Assembly: GCA_002269645.1 (NCBI GenBank)
Contig: NIVC01000591.1
Coordinates: 434,001-498,000 of the forward strand
Length of the DNA stretch: 64,000 bases
Source of the DNA: Macrostomum lignano
Taxonomy: Eukaryota
Direction: 5' to 3'
Both the position numbers and the translations under genes were made by a program. Positions within the stretch are counted from its first letter, which is position 1. Each line of letters starts with the position of its first letter. Of the stretch, positions 1-10,950 are shown piece by piece. Under the pieces are notes generated by a model. The model was not told the origin of the DNA. It searched no databases and saw only the letters and a program-made list of their open reading frames with translations.

Positions 1-3000
1 GAGCTTGGTGCCGTCCAGCTGATGTTGAGCTGCTGGGGCTCAAAGTGGAGGGCCAGCTTCCTGACAGGGCTGGGCTTCTCTGGAATGCCATTTGGAATGA
101 TCCCGGTTATGACTAAGTGATCCCAGTGTTGCCTGAATGATCCCAGTGCTGCCTGAATGATCCCAGTGCTATCTGAGTGATCACAGTGCTACCTGAATGA
201 TCTCTAAAGCAAGGAAAACTTACCCTTGTCACGAAGGTCAAACACAGAAGACTCATTAACACACCAGCCCAGCTGATTGCACAAGCTCAGAGTCAGCCGG
301 ACAATGTCAGGTCCATACTCAGATGACTGGTGAATCATGCCAAATTCGCAGAAACCAGAGCTGTCGCAGGTGCAGCTGCAATCGGCCTCTTTGCGGGACA
401 AACTGCAAAAATTTATGGAAGTTGCTATTGTTACTGATTCAGATTGTGCCCTCACTTTATTGTAATAAAGGCAAAAGTAACAGGAAATATGCATTGAGTA
501 ATCAGAAGTAAAGCCAACATTCAGGAGGAGAGGTATGACAGATTAGCTGAGAGATAATTATTCATAAAAGTAACCACTTTATCCTTAAAGTGCATTGGAA
601 CCTTTAACTGCAGTATCAATATTTACAGTGGCGTAGACACTGAGGATCTGGGAGGCTGGCCGAGCAACTGAGGATCTGGGAGGCTGGCCCAGCAACTGAG
701 GATCTGGGAGGCTTGCCCAGCAACTGAGGATCTGGGAGGCTGGTGGCCCAGCAACTGAGGATCTGGGAGGCTGGTGGCCCAGCAACTGAGGATCTGGGAG
801 GCTGGTGGCCCAGCAACTGATGATCTGGGAGGCTGGCCCAGCAACTGAGGATCTGGGAGGCTGGTGGCCCAGCAACTGAGGATTTGGGAGGCTGGTGGCC
901 CAGCAACTGAGGATCTGGGAGGCTGGTGGCCCAGCAACTGAGGATCTGGGAGGCTGCATAGCAACTGAGGATCTTGGAGTTTGGCAGTGACCCAGCAACT
1001 GAGGGTTTGGGAAAAAAGGCAATTTTTAATCTTTATCGAATTTAATAAAAATGATTTAGAGTTTGAAACGATAAGGCATACGGTTTTAAGTAACATGAAA
1101 ACATAAAAAATTACATACATTTACGTACAGAACACCATAAATAACACACATGACAAAAAAGCGTGCATCGTTACATATAACACCTATAAATGAATTTTAT
1201 AAACAAATCGAAATGCCATAACGATAACGATAATAAATAAGCCAAACTACCTATGCTTAACCAACTAGTAAACGTGATGACATACCTCAGATGCACTGAA
1301 AGCACATGATTTGCTTCTGCTCACACTTCAGCATCAGAACCCGACTACAAACAGGCGTTTAGAATAGCAAAAAAATAAATGCCATAATTTATAATCAATT
1401 AAGAGCCTCGTGCAACAGAAAAGCTACAAAAGGCGATTTTAAAAGTGGCAAACTAAGATAAAACAAATACATACTACTATAAATAGGGGAAATCAGTAGT
1501 ATATAGAGAGGACACAGACTGAAAAAATGATATAAAGAACAATCTATAAAGAGTAAATCAGAAACATCGATACAACAGCTACCTGACATCATCATTAGTA
1601 AAGAAGAGATCTGGCGATGCAGCTGGTTGACATGCCGAGCAGATCTCATCCAATCGAATGATCTGCGTTCTGCAGGTTAATTCAGTTTCTCTGGTCTAAG
1701 TTTAGGAGTTGCTGAGTGCGTGTCACCCTTGGTGCTGGCGCCCCTTGGTGCTGGCGCCCCTTGGTGCTGGCGCCCCTTGGTGCTGGGCGCCCCTTGGTGC
1801 TGGCGCCCCTTGGTGCTGGCGCCCCTTGGTGCTGGCGCCCCTTGGTGCTGGCGCCCCTTGGTGCTGGCACCCCTTGGTGCTGGCGCCCCTTGGTGACTCT
1901 ATTTTACAGCAAGACAAAATTTACCAAATAACTGAATAATCGCTAAATCTATGGGGTGGATTTCTAACAAAATGGTGTCTATTATAGGATTGCACAGTCT
2001 CAACAAGCAAACTGAACTCACAACTGCAGCACGCCCACAGCCAGAGTCAGTCGGCCTCCAAGACTCGGCGGGACACCTGTGGAGTTGGCGATCGCCGGCA
2101 GGCTGGGCCGCACAACCAGAGTGGCGTAGCGCCGGTCCTGCCAGAAGAAATCCACAGCGGTCGGGACTGGGAGCGCTGGGGGATTAGGGAGTGAGGGCGA
2201 CTGATGAAGCAGCCTGTGCAAGTATGCAGCTGTGCTTTAGTTTCAGCAGATATGACAAAAGTTTTAGGACAATAGATTTTAAAAAACAATATCCCACGTT
2301 GCTGGGCCAGCCTTCCAGATCCTCAGTTGCTGGGTCACCAGCCTCCCAGACCCCCAGTTGCTGGGCCAGCCTCCCAGATCCCCATTTGCTGGGCTACCAG
2401 CCTCCCAGATCCCTAGTTGCTGGGCCAGCCTCCCAGATCCTCAGCTGCTGGGCCACCAGCCTCCCAGATCCCTAGTTGCTGGGCTAGCCTCCCAGATCCC
2501 TAGTTGCTGGGCCAGCCTTCCAGATCCTCAGTTGCTGGGCCAGCCTCCCAGATCCTCAGTTGCTGGGCCACCAGCCCCCCAGATCCCTAGTTGCTGGGCC
2601 AGCCTCCCAGATCCTCAGCTGCTGGGCCACCAGCCTCCCAGATCCCTAGTTGCTGGGCTAGCCTCCCAGATCCCTAGTTGCTAGGCCAGCCTCCCAGACC
2701 CTCAGTTGCTGGGCCAGCCTCCCAGATCCTCAGTTGCTATGCAGCCTCCCAGATCCTCAGTTGCTGGGCCAGCCTCCCAGATCCTCAGTTGCTGGGCCAG
2801 ACTCCCAGATCCTCAGTTGCTGGGCCACCAGCCTCCCAGATCCTTAGTTGCTGGGCCAGCCTCCCAGATCCTCAGTTGCTGGGCCAGACTCCCAGATCCT
2901 CAGTTGCTGGGCCACCAGCCTCCCAGATCCTTAGTTGCTGGGCCATCCTTCCAGATCCTCAGTTGCTGGGCCACCAGCCTCCCAGATCCCCAGTTGCTGG

Positions 3001-4227
3001 GCCAGCCTTCCAGATCCTCAGTTGCTGGGCCAGCCTTTCAGATCCTCAGTTGCTGGGCCAGCCTCCCAGATCCTCAGTTGCTGGGCCAGCCTCCCAGATC
3101 CTCAGTTGCTGGGCCACCAGCCTCCCAGATCCCTAGTTGCTGGGCCATCCTTCCAGATCCTCAGTTGCTGGGCCACCAGCCTCCCAGATCCCCAGATCCC
3201 CAGTTGCTGGGCCAGCCTCCCAGATCCTCAGTTGCTGGGCCACCAGCCTCCCAGATCCCCAGTTGCTGGGCCAGCCTCCCAGATCCTCAGTTGCTGGGCC
3301 AGCCTTCCAGATCCTCAGTTGCTGGGCCAGCCTCCCAGATCCTCAGTTGCTGGGCCAGCCTCCCAGATCCTCAGTTGCTGGGCTAGCCTCCCAGATCCCT
3401 AGTTGCTGGGCTAGCCTTCCAGATCCTCAGTTGCTGGGCCAGCCTCCCAGATCCTCAGTTGCTGGGCCAGCCTTCCAGATCCTCAGTTGCTGGGCCAGCC
3501 TTCCAGATCCCTAGTTGCTGGGCCATCCTTCCAGATCCTCAGTTGCTGGGCCACCAGCCTCCCAGATCCCCAGATCCCCAGTTGCTGGGCCAGCCTCCCA
3601 GATCCTCAGTTGCTGGGCCACCAGCCTCCCAGATCCCCAGTTGCTGGGCCAGCCTCCCAGATCCTCAGTTGCTGGGTCAGCCTCACAGATCCCCAGTTGC
3701 TGGGCCATGATGTACACCAAAGCACACCAGAAGCCGTCACTCACATCCCACAGTGAGCTGAGTCGCCTCGCTCATCACCAGAGGCCGCCCACCGCTGTCC
3801 CGGCAACCGCACCGGTACCAGCCGCTGTGCGGGCTAACGCTGACGTTGGCAAAATGAAAAGCAGCAACGCTAGAATTGCGCCACAGCTGTGGCAGAAACG
3901 TCATCTTGGTTGAGTCCGATGGGTCCTGGTTGAATAGCAGACGGACTTGGTCCAGTGGAGTGCTGTTAACAAAAGCTTGCAGTTGCTTCTGATAGTGGCA
4001 GAAAAATGTGACATTGCTGCCTTCTAGAAGCACTTTGTCGGCTGGACTTTGCTCCAGAACTGTGGGAAACGTTGGTGCATTTAAAGTGTTAAAAATACAT
4101 CAAACTGAGTTGCTATCAGTTAATACTTCAGAGCCTCACCAAACACTGCTGGAAGCTGAGCTGCAGCAGCCACCATCAGACCCGTCAGCAGAGTTGCTGC
4201 TGTCAGGCCAGCCCCACCGATCAGCAT
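1..4227 (-). CDS. Receptor gene B (partial, continues off left edge): signal peptide + Ig-like domain + cytokine-receptor-like FN3 modules; paralogue of gene A
   Basis: Hand-built exons with GT-AG and matching phases: 4227-4140 (MLIGGAGLTAATLLTGLMVAAAAQLPAVF, signal-peptide-like), 4059-3745 (Ig-like: VTFFC...SGWYRC), 2175-2022, 402-224 (LCNQLGWC...FDLRDK), 79-<1 (KPSPVRKL...LNISWTAP). Exons 3 and 4 have the same lengths (154 and 179 nt) as the gene A equivalents. Confidence 0.75.
95..203. repeat. 20-bp minisatellite (GATCCCAGTGCTRCCTGAAT), ~5 units, intronic
   Basis: Same unit as the larger array at 8455-9300, at the orthologous intron position. Confidence 0.85.
639..1005. repeat. ~27-31-bp minisatellite (CCCAGCAACTGAGGATCTGGGAGGCTGG[TGG]), inverted relative to 2297-3705
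   Basis: Direct reading; reverse complement matches the 2297-3705 unit. Confidence 0.9.
1725..1893. repeat. 16-bp minisatellite (TTGGTGCTGGCGCCCC), ~10 units
   Basis: Period 16 (1745, 1761, 1777...). Confidence 0.9.
2297..3705. repeat. ~27-31-bp minisatellite (GTTGCTGGGCCA[CCA]GCCTCCCAGATCCTCA), ~1.4 kb
   Basis: Direct reading; source of the spurious PDPQLLG ORFs. Confidence 0.92.
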
Positions 4228-4479
4228 GGCAACAAACACTGCTGCTTGTTGATACTGGCTGCAATTTTGTTATAATCAGTATATATGATAATAGCTCAGT
4301 TGCTTGAGTTTCAACTATTAATAATAAAAATAATTGATTACACCTGCCCCAATTGGGCCAGATGTGCAACCGACAGCTCAGCCGCAGCTATTGCGCGGCG
4401 CATCTGAAAGCTGCGTACGGCTGTTCAGTCCAAGGACTGGGGGAGGGGGGGGGGTCGCCACACACCCTCAATTACCCCA

Positions 4480-4600
4480 GCTAATGCTGGCACCCATTTT
4501 ACAGCTGGGTGAACTGAAGCAATGCAGAGTTATAAGTGTCTTGCTCAGGGGACACAGATTGTTCCTAGTGGGATCGGGAATCGAACCCCCTCGCTACAAC
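4480..4600 (+). mobile_element. MIR/L2-tail-like SINE fragment
   Basis: CCCATTTTACAGCTGGGTGAACTGAAGCAATGCAGAGTTATAAGTGTCTTGCTCAGGGGACAC...GGGAATCGAACCC resembles the MIR/L2-type core (…GTTAAGTGACTTGCCCAAGGTCAC…GGGATTCGAACCC); recognised from memory, no database search. Confidence 0.5.
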
Positions 4601-5097
4601 CCCCTGGAGAAGAATATTCCTTCAACGGAATTCCCCACAAGAAGAATTTCCAAGAACCGCCGAATTTTTCTGTAAAGAAGAACTTTTCTATTGGGAATTC
4701 CTTTTCAGAGAAGAATTCTCCTGTATCGGTATGAGCAAAGTATTTAAAAAGCGACTCTAAAACGAGTAGATGTCAAGGTACAAGTTGCCCCAGAATCATG
4801 CACATTGAGGCGTCTTAATGTCTTCTGCGACTCTAAAACAGCTCGGGAGCGACAGTATAACGACTATGGGGGCGTAGTGTCCACAGTAAAGTTGCGTTTG
4901 AACCACTAACTAGCTTACTGAGTAAGTAGAAAGTTAAGCGTCAACACAACGATTCTTGGGCAACTCTTTTAAGATTCTAAGTTAAAAAAGGGGGGGCATC
5001 ACAAACCCTAATAATCACAACTCCAAAAAGCGCTTTCCATCATAAACCCGAAATATCATAAACCCAAAATTGATAGCAATGTCCAACACTATTTTGG

Positions 5098-5590
5098 TTT
5101 TCGGAGTTATGATATTTCGGTTTTATGATGGGCGTTGCTAACACTTTCGGAGTTATGATATTTCGGTTTTATGAAGGGCGTTGCTAACACTTTCGGAGTT
5201 ATGATATTTCGGTTTTATGAAGGGCGTTGCTAACACTTTCGGAGTTATGATATTTCGGTTTTATGATGGGCGTTGCGAACACTTTCGGAGTTATGATATT
5301 TCGGTTTTATGAAGGGCGTTGCTAACACTTTCGGAGTTATGATATTTCGGGTTTATGAAGGGCGTTGCTAACACTTTCGGAGTTATGATATTTCGGGTTT
5401 ATGAAGGGCGTTGCTAACACTTTCGGAGTTATGATATTTCGGGTTTATGAAGGGCGTTGCTAACACTTTCGGAGTTATGATATTTCGGTTTTATGAAGGG
5501 CGTTGCTAACACTTTCGGAGTTATGATATTTCGGTTTTATGAAGGGCGTTGCTAACACTTTCGGAGTTATGATATTTCGGTTTTGTGATG
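5098..5590. repeat. 46-bp minisatellite (TTCGGAGTTATGATATTTCGGTTTTATGAAGGGCGTTGCTAACACT), ~10.5 units, with an inverted partial copy at 5041-5065
   Basis: Period 46 (5101, 5147...); CATAAACCCGAAATATCATAA at 5041 is the reverse complement of the unit. Confidence 0.9.
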
Positions 5591-6093
5591 GCGACCCTTA
5601 AAAGTCGCAAGAATCCGAGCCCGAGAGTTGCAATGATTTTTTAGCGATTCTTGTTTTCAACGGGTCCGCTCATTACGCTGATCCCTGGGCCCTTTTTAGA
5701 CTTTCTAATCGTCAGGCATGTACACTCTCCGTGTCTTATGGGGGTTGGGCTAATTTTCGTGAATCGAACCTGGGGGGGGAATCTCTGCTTCCCTGCCCCA
5801 CCCTATCCTTAGCTTTTACAGTAAGCTCAGAAAGAAAATATGAACACAAAAAGACATTTCTGGAAGGAAAAATGCTTTAAAAATGTATATTGAAGAACTA
5901 TCAAACCGGAACCATAATAAAAAAGAGTAAATAAAAAGTCAGACTAGAGTGTAAAATATACATGTAAACTTTAGGAAGAAAAGTTATTGAGCAACAATAA
6001 AAGGGGAGGATAAAAAAGAACCCATAAAAAAGTTAAGTACACAGAGTACTCTATAAATTTGAACACTGAAAAAAATCGATCAATTCGATATCG

Positions 6094-9000
6094 CTAGAAG
6101 CACTGGGACCGGCTGCTGTATCCCGGTTCGACTGTGGTGGTGCAATCAGCAGCGGTAGACTCAGTCTGCTGACTGGCAGCTGGTGTCTCTGATGTCGCAA
6201 ATTGATGAGCAACTGACATGGCAGACTTCGGCCAACTGGCTGCATTGTGAGTGTTTTGAGTTTCGTTGCTGTCAGCGGCTGCAGCAGATGGGGGCCAAGA
6301 GTAGCTCTGCTCTGCCATCAGCATCTGTTGGCAGGCATTGGGTGTGGGTAAATAATTCCCTTACTATTAGACAAGCAATTAATTCTCTAATCCAAATAAA
6401 CAGGTAAATAATTCCCCTCTGCAGTTACATTAGGGGCGGTAGCGGATGTGTACATTGGGGGCGGCAGGGGAGGTGTGTACATTGGGGGTGGCAGGGGAGG
6501 TGTGTACATTGGGGGTGGCAGGGGAGGTGTGTACATTGGGGGTGGCAGGGGAGGTGTGTACATTGGGGGTGGCAGGGGAGGTGTGTACATTGGGGGCGGC
6601 AGGGGAGGTGTGTACATTGGGGGCGGCAGGGGAGGTGTGTACATTGGGGGCGGCAAGGCAAGTATGTACATTGACAACCAGTCAGTATGCTAAACCCGGC
6701 TACATAAACTTTATATGATTTGAAAAGCGACTCACCGTTGCGTCGGGTTCAGACATGTACTTTTGTGGGTCAGACTTTGGCACTGCATGAGCTTGACGCC
6801 GCATTTTCAAACGTCTAACAACCATAGCAACGCCAACGCCAACGACAATTAAAACTGAAACTGCTAAAAGAACCGGATACCAGGATGAAAAACCGGATGA
6901 ACCTTCAGTCGTTGCAAAAGCAGACACAGGCAAAACTGGACACGCAACACCTCTGCGAATTTGCCAGGTGTTTTTGGCAAATCCTCGATTCTGATGATTG
7001 GTTACAGATGACGTCACCGACTGGGTCACGTGACCAGACGGGTTGCAGTCTGCGATAAAGTTTGTTGAGTTCACCAGGCAGCTGACAAATGTCTGACTGT
7101 CCGAACCACCAGAGCAAGCAGCTGTCAAAGGTGGCAGGTGAATTGATCGATTTGGCAAACTTGAATTTTCGCCGTAAGATGTAGAGGCGAAGATTGCCAA
7201 AGTTGACTCAAACTTGAGGCTAAGCATGGAGGAGTTGAGAACAATGCTGAGATATGAGGCTGTTGAGAATTTGTCAGAAACAGCCAGCGTTTCACTCTGA
7301 TTGGTGCCGAGGTTTGCGACTCTGTAGAGCAGGACTCGGCCGTTCCTGCAGCTCCTGCGGCGATTTTAAAGGGCGATTTTTACAAACAATTCTGATGAGG
7401 CGATTCTGAGGAGGCGATTCTGAAGAGGCGATTCTGAGGAGGCGATTCTGAAGAGGCGATTCTGAAGAGGCAATTTTGAAGAGGCGATTCTGAAGAGGCG
7501 ATTCTGAAGAGGCGATTTTTACAAACAATTCTGATGAGGCGATTCTGAGGAGGCGATTCTGAAGAGGCGATTCTGAGGAGGCGATTCTGAGGAGGCGATT
7601 CTGAAGAGGCAATTTTGAAGAGGCGATTCTGAAGAGGCGATTCTGAAGAGGCGATTCTGAAGAGGCGATTCTGCAGAGGCGATTTTGAATAGGCGATTCT
7701 GAAGAGGCGATTCTGCAGAGGCGATTCTGAAGAGGCGATTCTGAGGAGGCGATTCTGAAGAGGCGATTCTGAGGAGGCGATTCTGAAGAGGCGATTCTGC
7801 AGAGGCGATTCTGAAGAGGCGATTTTGAAGAGGCGATTCTGAAGAGGCGATTCTGAGGAGGCGATTCTGAGGAGGCGATTCTGAGGAGGCGATTTTGAAG
7901 AGGCGATTCTAAGAGGCGATTTTGCAGAGGCGATTCTGAAGAGGCGATTCTGAAGAGGCGATTTCAAAATGTAATTTGTGAAAAAGCAAAAAGATGCGAA
8001 TTTCGAAAATAATTAGTAGGACCAATCGATCACCTATCCTGTAATTTACAGCAGATGATGAAGTTGCAAAAAAACGAAAGCGCTCTCTCACCTGTCGGAG
8101 GCTGGGAACAACAGCTGGCTGGGAGGCAGCAGAAATGCCTCATCAAGCTCCGGGTTGCAGGGCAGCCACTCTCCTGATCTGCCGCTACCGCTCGAGTTGT
8201 CGCTCCAGTGGCCGCTGAAGTGCCGCGGTCTGCAGCGGACGGTCACCGAGTACTCCGTGTCGGGACTGACTGCAACGGAGACGGCTGTGGAGTTGGTTGC
8301 CAGGCTGCGGCCGTCAGACAGAAGCACCTGGTAGCTGTACTCCTGGTTGCCAGGCAACGGTGAGCTTGGTGCCGTCCAGCTGATGTTGAGCTGCTGGGGC
8401 TCAAAGTGGAGGGTCAGCTTCTTGACGGGGCTGGGCTTCTCTGGAATGCATTTGGAATGATCCCAGTGCTATCTGAGTGATCCCAGTGATGATTTAGTGA
8501 TCCCAGTGATGATTTAGTGATCCCAGTGCTACCTGAATGATCCCAGTGATGATTGAGTCATCCCAGTGTTATCTAAATGATCCCAGTGCTACCTGAGTGA
8601 TCCCAGTGCTACCTGAATGATCCCAGTGATGATTGAGTGATCCCAGTGATGATTGAGTGATCCCAGTGATGATTGAGACATCCCAGTGCTACCTGAGTGA
8701 TCCCAGTGCTACCTGAATGATCCCAGTGCTGCCTGAATGATCCCAGTGCTGCCTGAATAATCCCAGTGCTACCTGAATGATCCCAGTGCTGCATGAATGA
8801 TCCCAGTGCTACCTGAATGATCCCAGTGCTGCCTGAATGATCCCGGTGCTACCTGAATGATCCCAGTGCTGCCTGAATGATCCCAGTGCTGCCTGAATGA
8901 TCCCAGTGCTGCATGAATGATCCCAGTGCTACCTGAATGATCCCAGTGCTGCATGAATGATCCCAGTGCTACCTGAATGATCCCAGTGCTGACTGAATGA

Positions 9001-9959
9001 TCCCGGTGCTACCTGAATGATCCCAGTGCTGCCTGAATGATCCCAGTGCTGCCTGAATGATCCCAGTGCTACCTGAATGATCCCAGTGATGATTGAGTCA
9101 TCCCAGTGTTATCTAAATGATCCCAGTGCTACCTGAGTGATCCCAGTGCTACCTGAATGATCCCAGTGATGATTGAGTGATCCCAGTGATGATTGAGTCA
9201 TCCCAGTGCTACCTGAGTGATCCCAGTGCTGCCTGAATGATCCCGGTGCTACCTGAATGATCCCAGTGCTGCCTGAATGATCCCAGTGCTGCCTGAATGA
9301 TCTCACATCTACCTAACAATAAAATCTATGCAATAATCGCAAAAGCCAAACTTATGGAACACCTTTATCTCACCTTTATCCCGCAAATCAAACTCATACA
9401 GCTGAGTGCTGCACCATTGCAGCTGATTGCACAGTGTCAAAGTCACATTAATCAGATACCCAAATATGTACACAGAGCTCTGAGCCAGCTCCAAGCCCCA
9501 GTCGCAGACACCTGTCCTGTCATTGCAATTATCGCAATCACCCTGCTTATCTCTGCAAATTGAGTCGCTTTGTACAGTCAGTTTGGTCTATGGCAGAAAG
9601 CACTACATCTGCAAAGTGGCTCTGACTTACCCCAGATAATAATGGAGCCGTATTGAGACTGAACCGCCCAGCTCAGGCGGAACTCCACTGGCATTGGCGA
9701 TGAAGGATGGGGCCGGGTGAATTTTTGAACTCAAAACTTTTCGGTCTAGCCAATAGAAACTGAGGTTCGCAGCGCGAGGCTTTGCTGGAAACATCGAAGG
9801 ATAATGCGCTCGGGTATTTAAATATGCGAGCTTTGTTGCTAGCTTTGCTTTTGTCTGCCTTGTGCGAATGTCTGCGTGCGATTCTGTCATAGATAGATAG
9901 ACAGACAACTGGTGTCAGCTCTGATTGCCTTAGTATCTGTCTTTCTGCCTGTCTATCTC

Positions 9960-9990
<31 letters not shown>

Positions 9991-10712
9991 TAGTGTTTGT
10001 CTGCGTGTCTGTCTGTCTGTCTTAGTGTCTAGTGTCTGTCTGTCCGTCCGTCTGTATGTGTCTACCTGCCTGCCTGTCTGTCTGTGTGAGTGTCTGAGTG
10101 TCTTTCTGTCTACCAGTCAAACTGCCTACCTACCTATCTAGCTGGCTGTCTGCCTACCTACCTAACTACCTACCTATCCGTCTATCAGACTTTCTTCAAC
10201 TGTCTGTCTGTTTTAGCGTTTGTTTTTTAGTGTGTCTGTCTATCTGTCTTCCAAACCCATCACTCACAGCCAACCACAAGTCTGGTGGGGTGACTCAAAA
10301 CCCACAGCCGGCTTTTAGAGACGTTCGCAGAGTCAGCGGCAGTAAAAGTGCAGTTGCACCAATACCAGCCGCTGTAGCCGCCAAATGTGCTCACATTGCT
10401 GAGCAGAAAACTCGCTAAAGAATGATTCCGGCATGAGTGATTTATCATCAGCAGCTCAGTAGTGCTGGCAGATTGCCAATCAGATCTCCTCGGTGAGTAC
10501 AGCAGAGTCAAATTCGAGCATCGCTGATTGGCTGCTGCTTGGCCGGAGCATTGAAAAGTGACGTCACTGCCAGCTTGAAGCACGTGGCTGCCGTTTGGCC
10601 ATATATTTGGCCTTAAAAAATCATTGGAGACTGAGGAATATTCTTCCAATTTAGCACTGAGCAGTGGGAGCAAAACTAATCCGATAATTGCCGGCCAGAT
10701 CGAGGCGAACAT
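6094..10712 (-). CDS. Receptor gene A: single-pass type I membrane protein, Ig + cytokine-receptor homology-like FN3 pair (WSxWS-like GHWSDNS) + further FN3-like region + TM + short tail
   Basis: Exons 10712-10268 (signal peptide + Ig: VTFQC...SGWYWC), 9784-9631, 9552-9374, 8440-8092 (FN3: LNISWTAP...TEYSVTVRCRPRHFSGHWSDNS), 7246-6736 (TM PVLLAVSVLIVVGVGVAMVV + RRLKMRR), and last exon 6324-6094 (or alternative 6689-6387). All joins are GT-AG and phase-consistent; the exon 4/5 boundary is less certain. Confidence 0.75.
6440..6665. repeat. 27-bp minisatellite, 8 units; encodes (PPPMYTPPL)n on the minus strand
   Basis: GGCAGGGGAGGTGTGTACATTGGGGGT units. Confidence 0.9.
7377..7965. repeat. 14-bp minisatellite (GAAGAGGCGATTCT), intronic
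   Basis: Direct reading. Confidence 0.9.
8455..9300. repeat. 20-bp minisatellite (GATCCCAGTGCTACCTGAAT), ~42 units, intronic
   Basis: Direct reading; ends ~15 nt from the FN3 exon acceptor. Confidence 0.92.
9945..10210. repeat. Degenerate (TGTC)n/(CCTA)n microsatellite region, intronic
   Basis: Direct reading. Confidence 0.7.
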
Positions 10713-10821
10713 TCGTGGGGAGGCTGGAAAAGTGACGAATTAGAAGCATTGGCTGCGGATTGCAGTGCCCTGCTGGCCTAATAATAACTACATAAATATA
10801 GTAGCTCTTATTACGAGCGTA

Positions 10822-10950
10822 GTAACAGTAGTAGTAGTAGTAGTAGTAGCAGTAGTAAGTAGTAAGTAGTAGTAGTAGTAGTCGCAGCAGCAGTAGTAGT
10901 AGCAGTAGTAGTACTAGTAGTAGTAGTAGTAGTAACAGTAGTAGTATTAC
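10822..10950. repeat. (GTA)n microsatellite
   Basis: Direct reading. Confidence 0.85.

Noticed and set aside
585-3756. Many PDPQLLG/ASQILSCW ORFs
   Set aside because: Minisatellite translations inside introns of gene B
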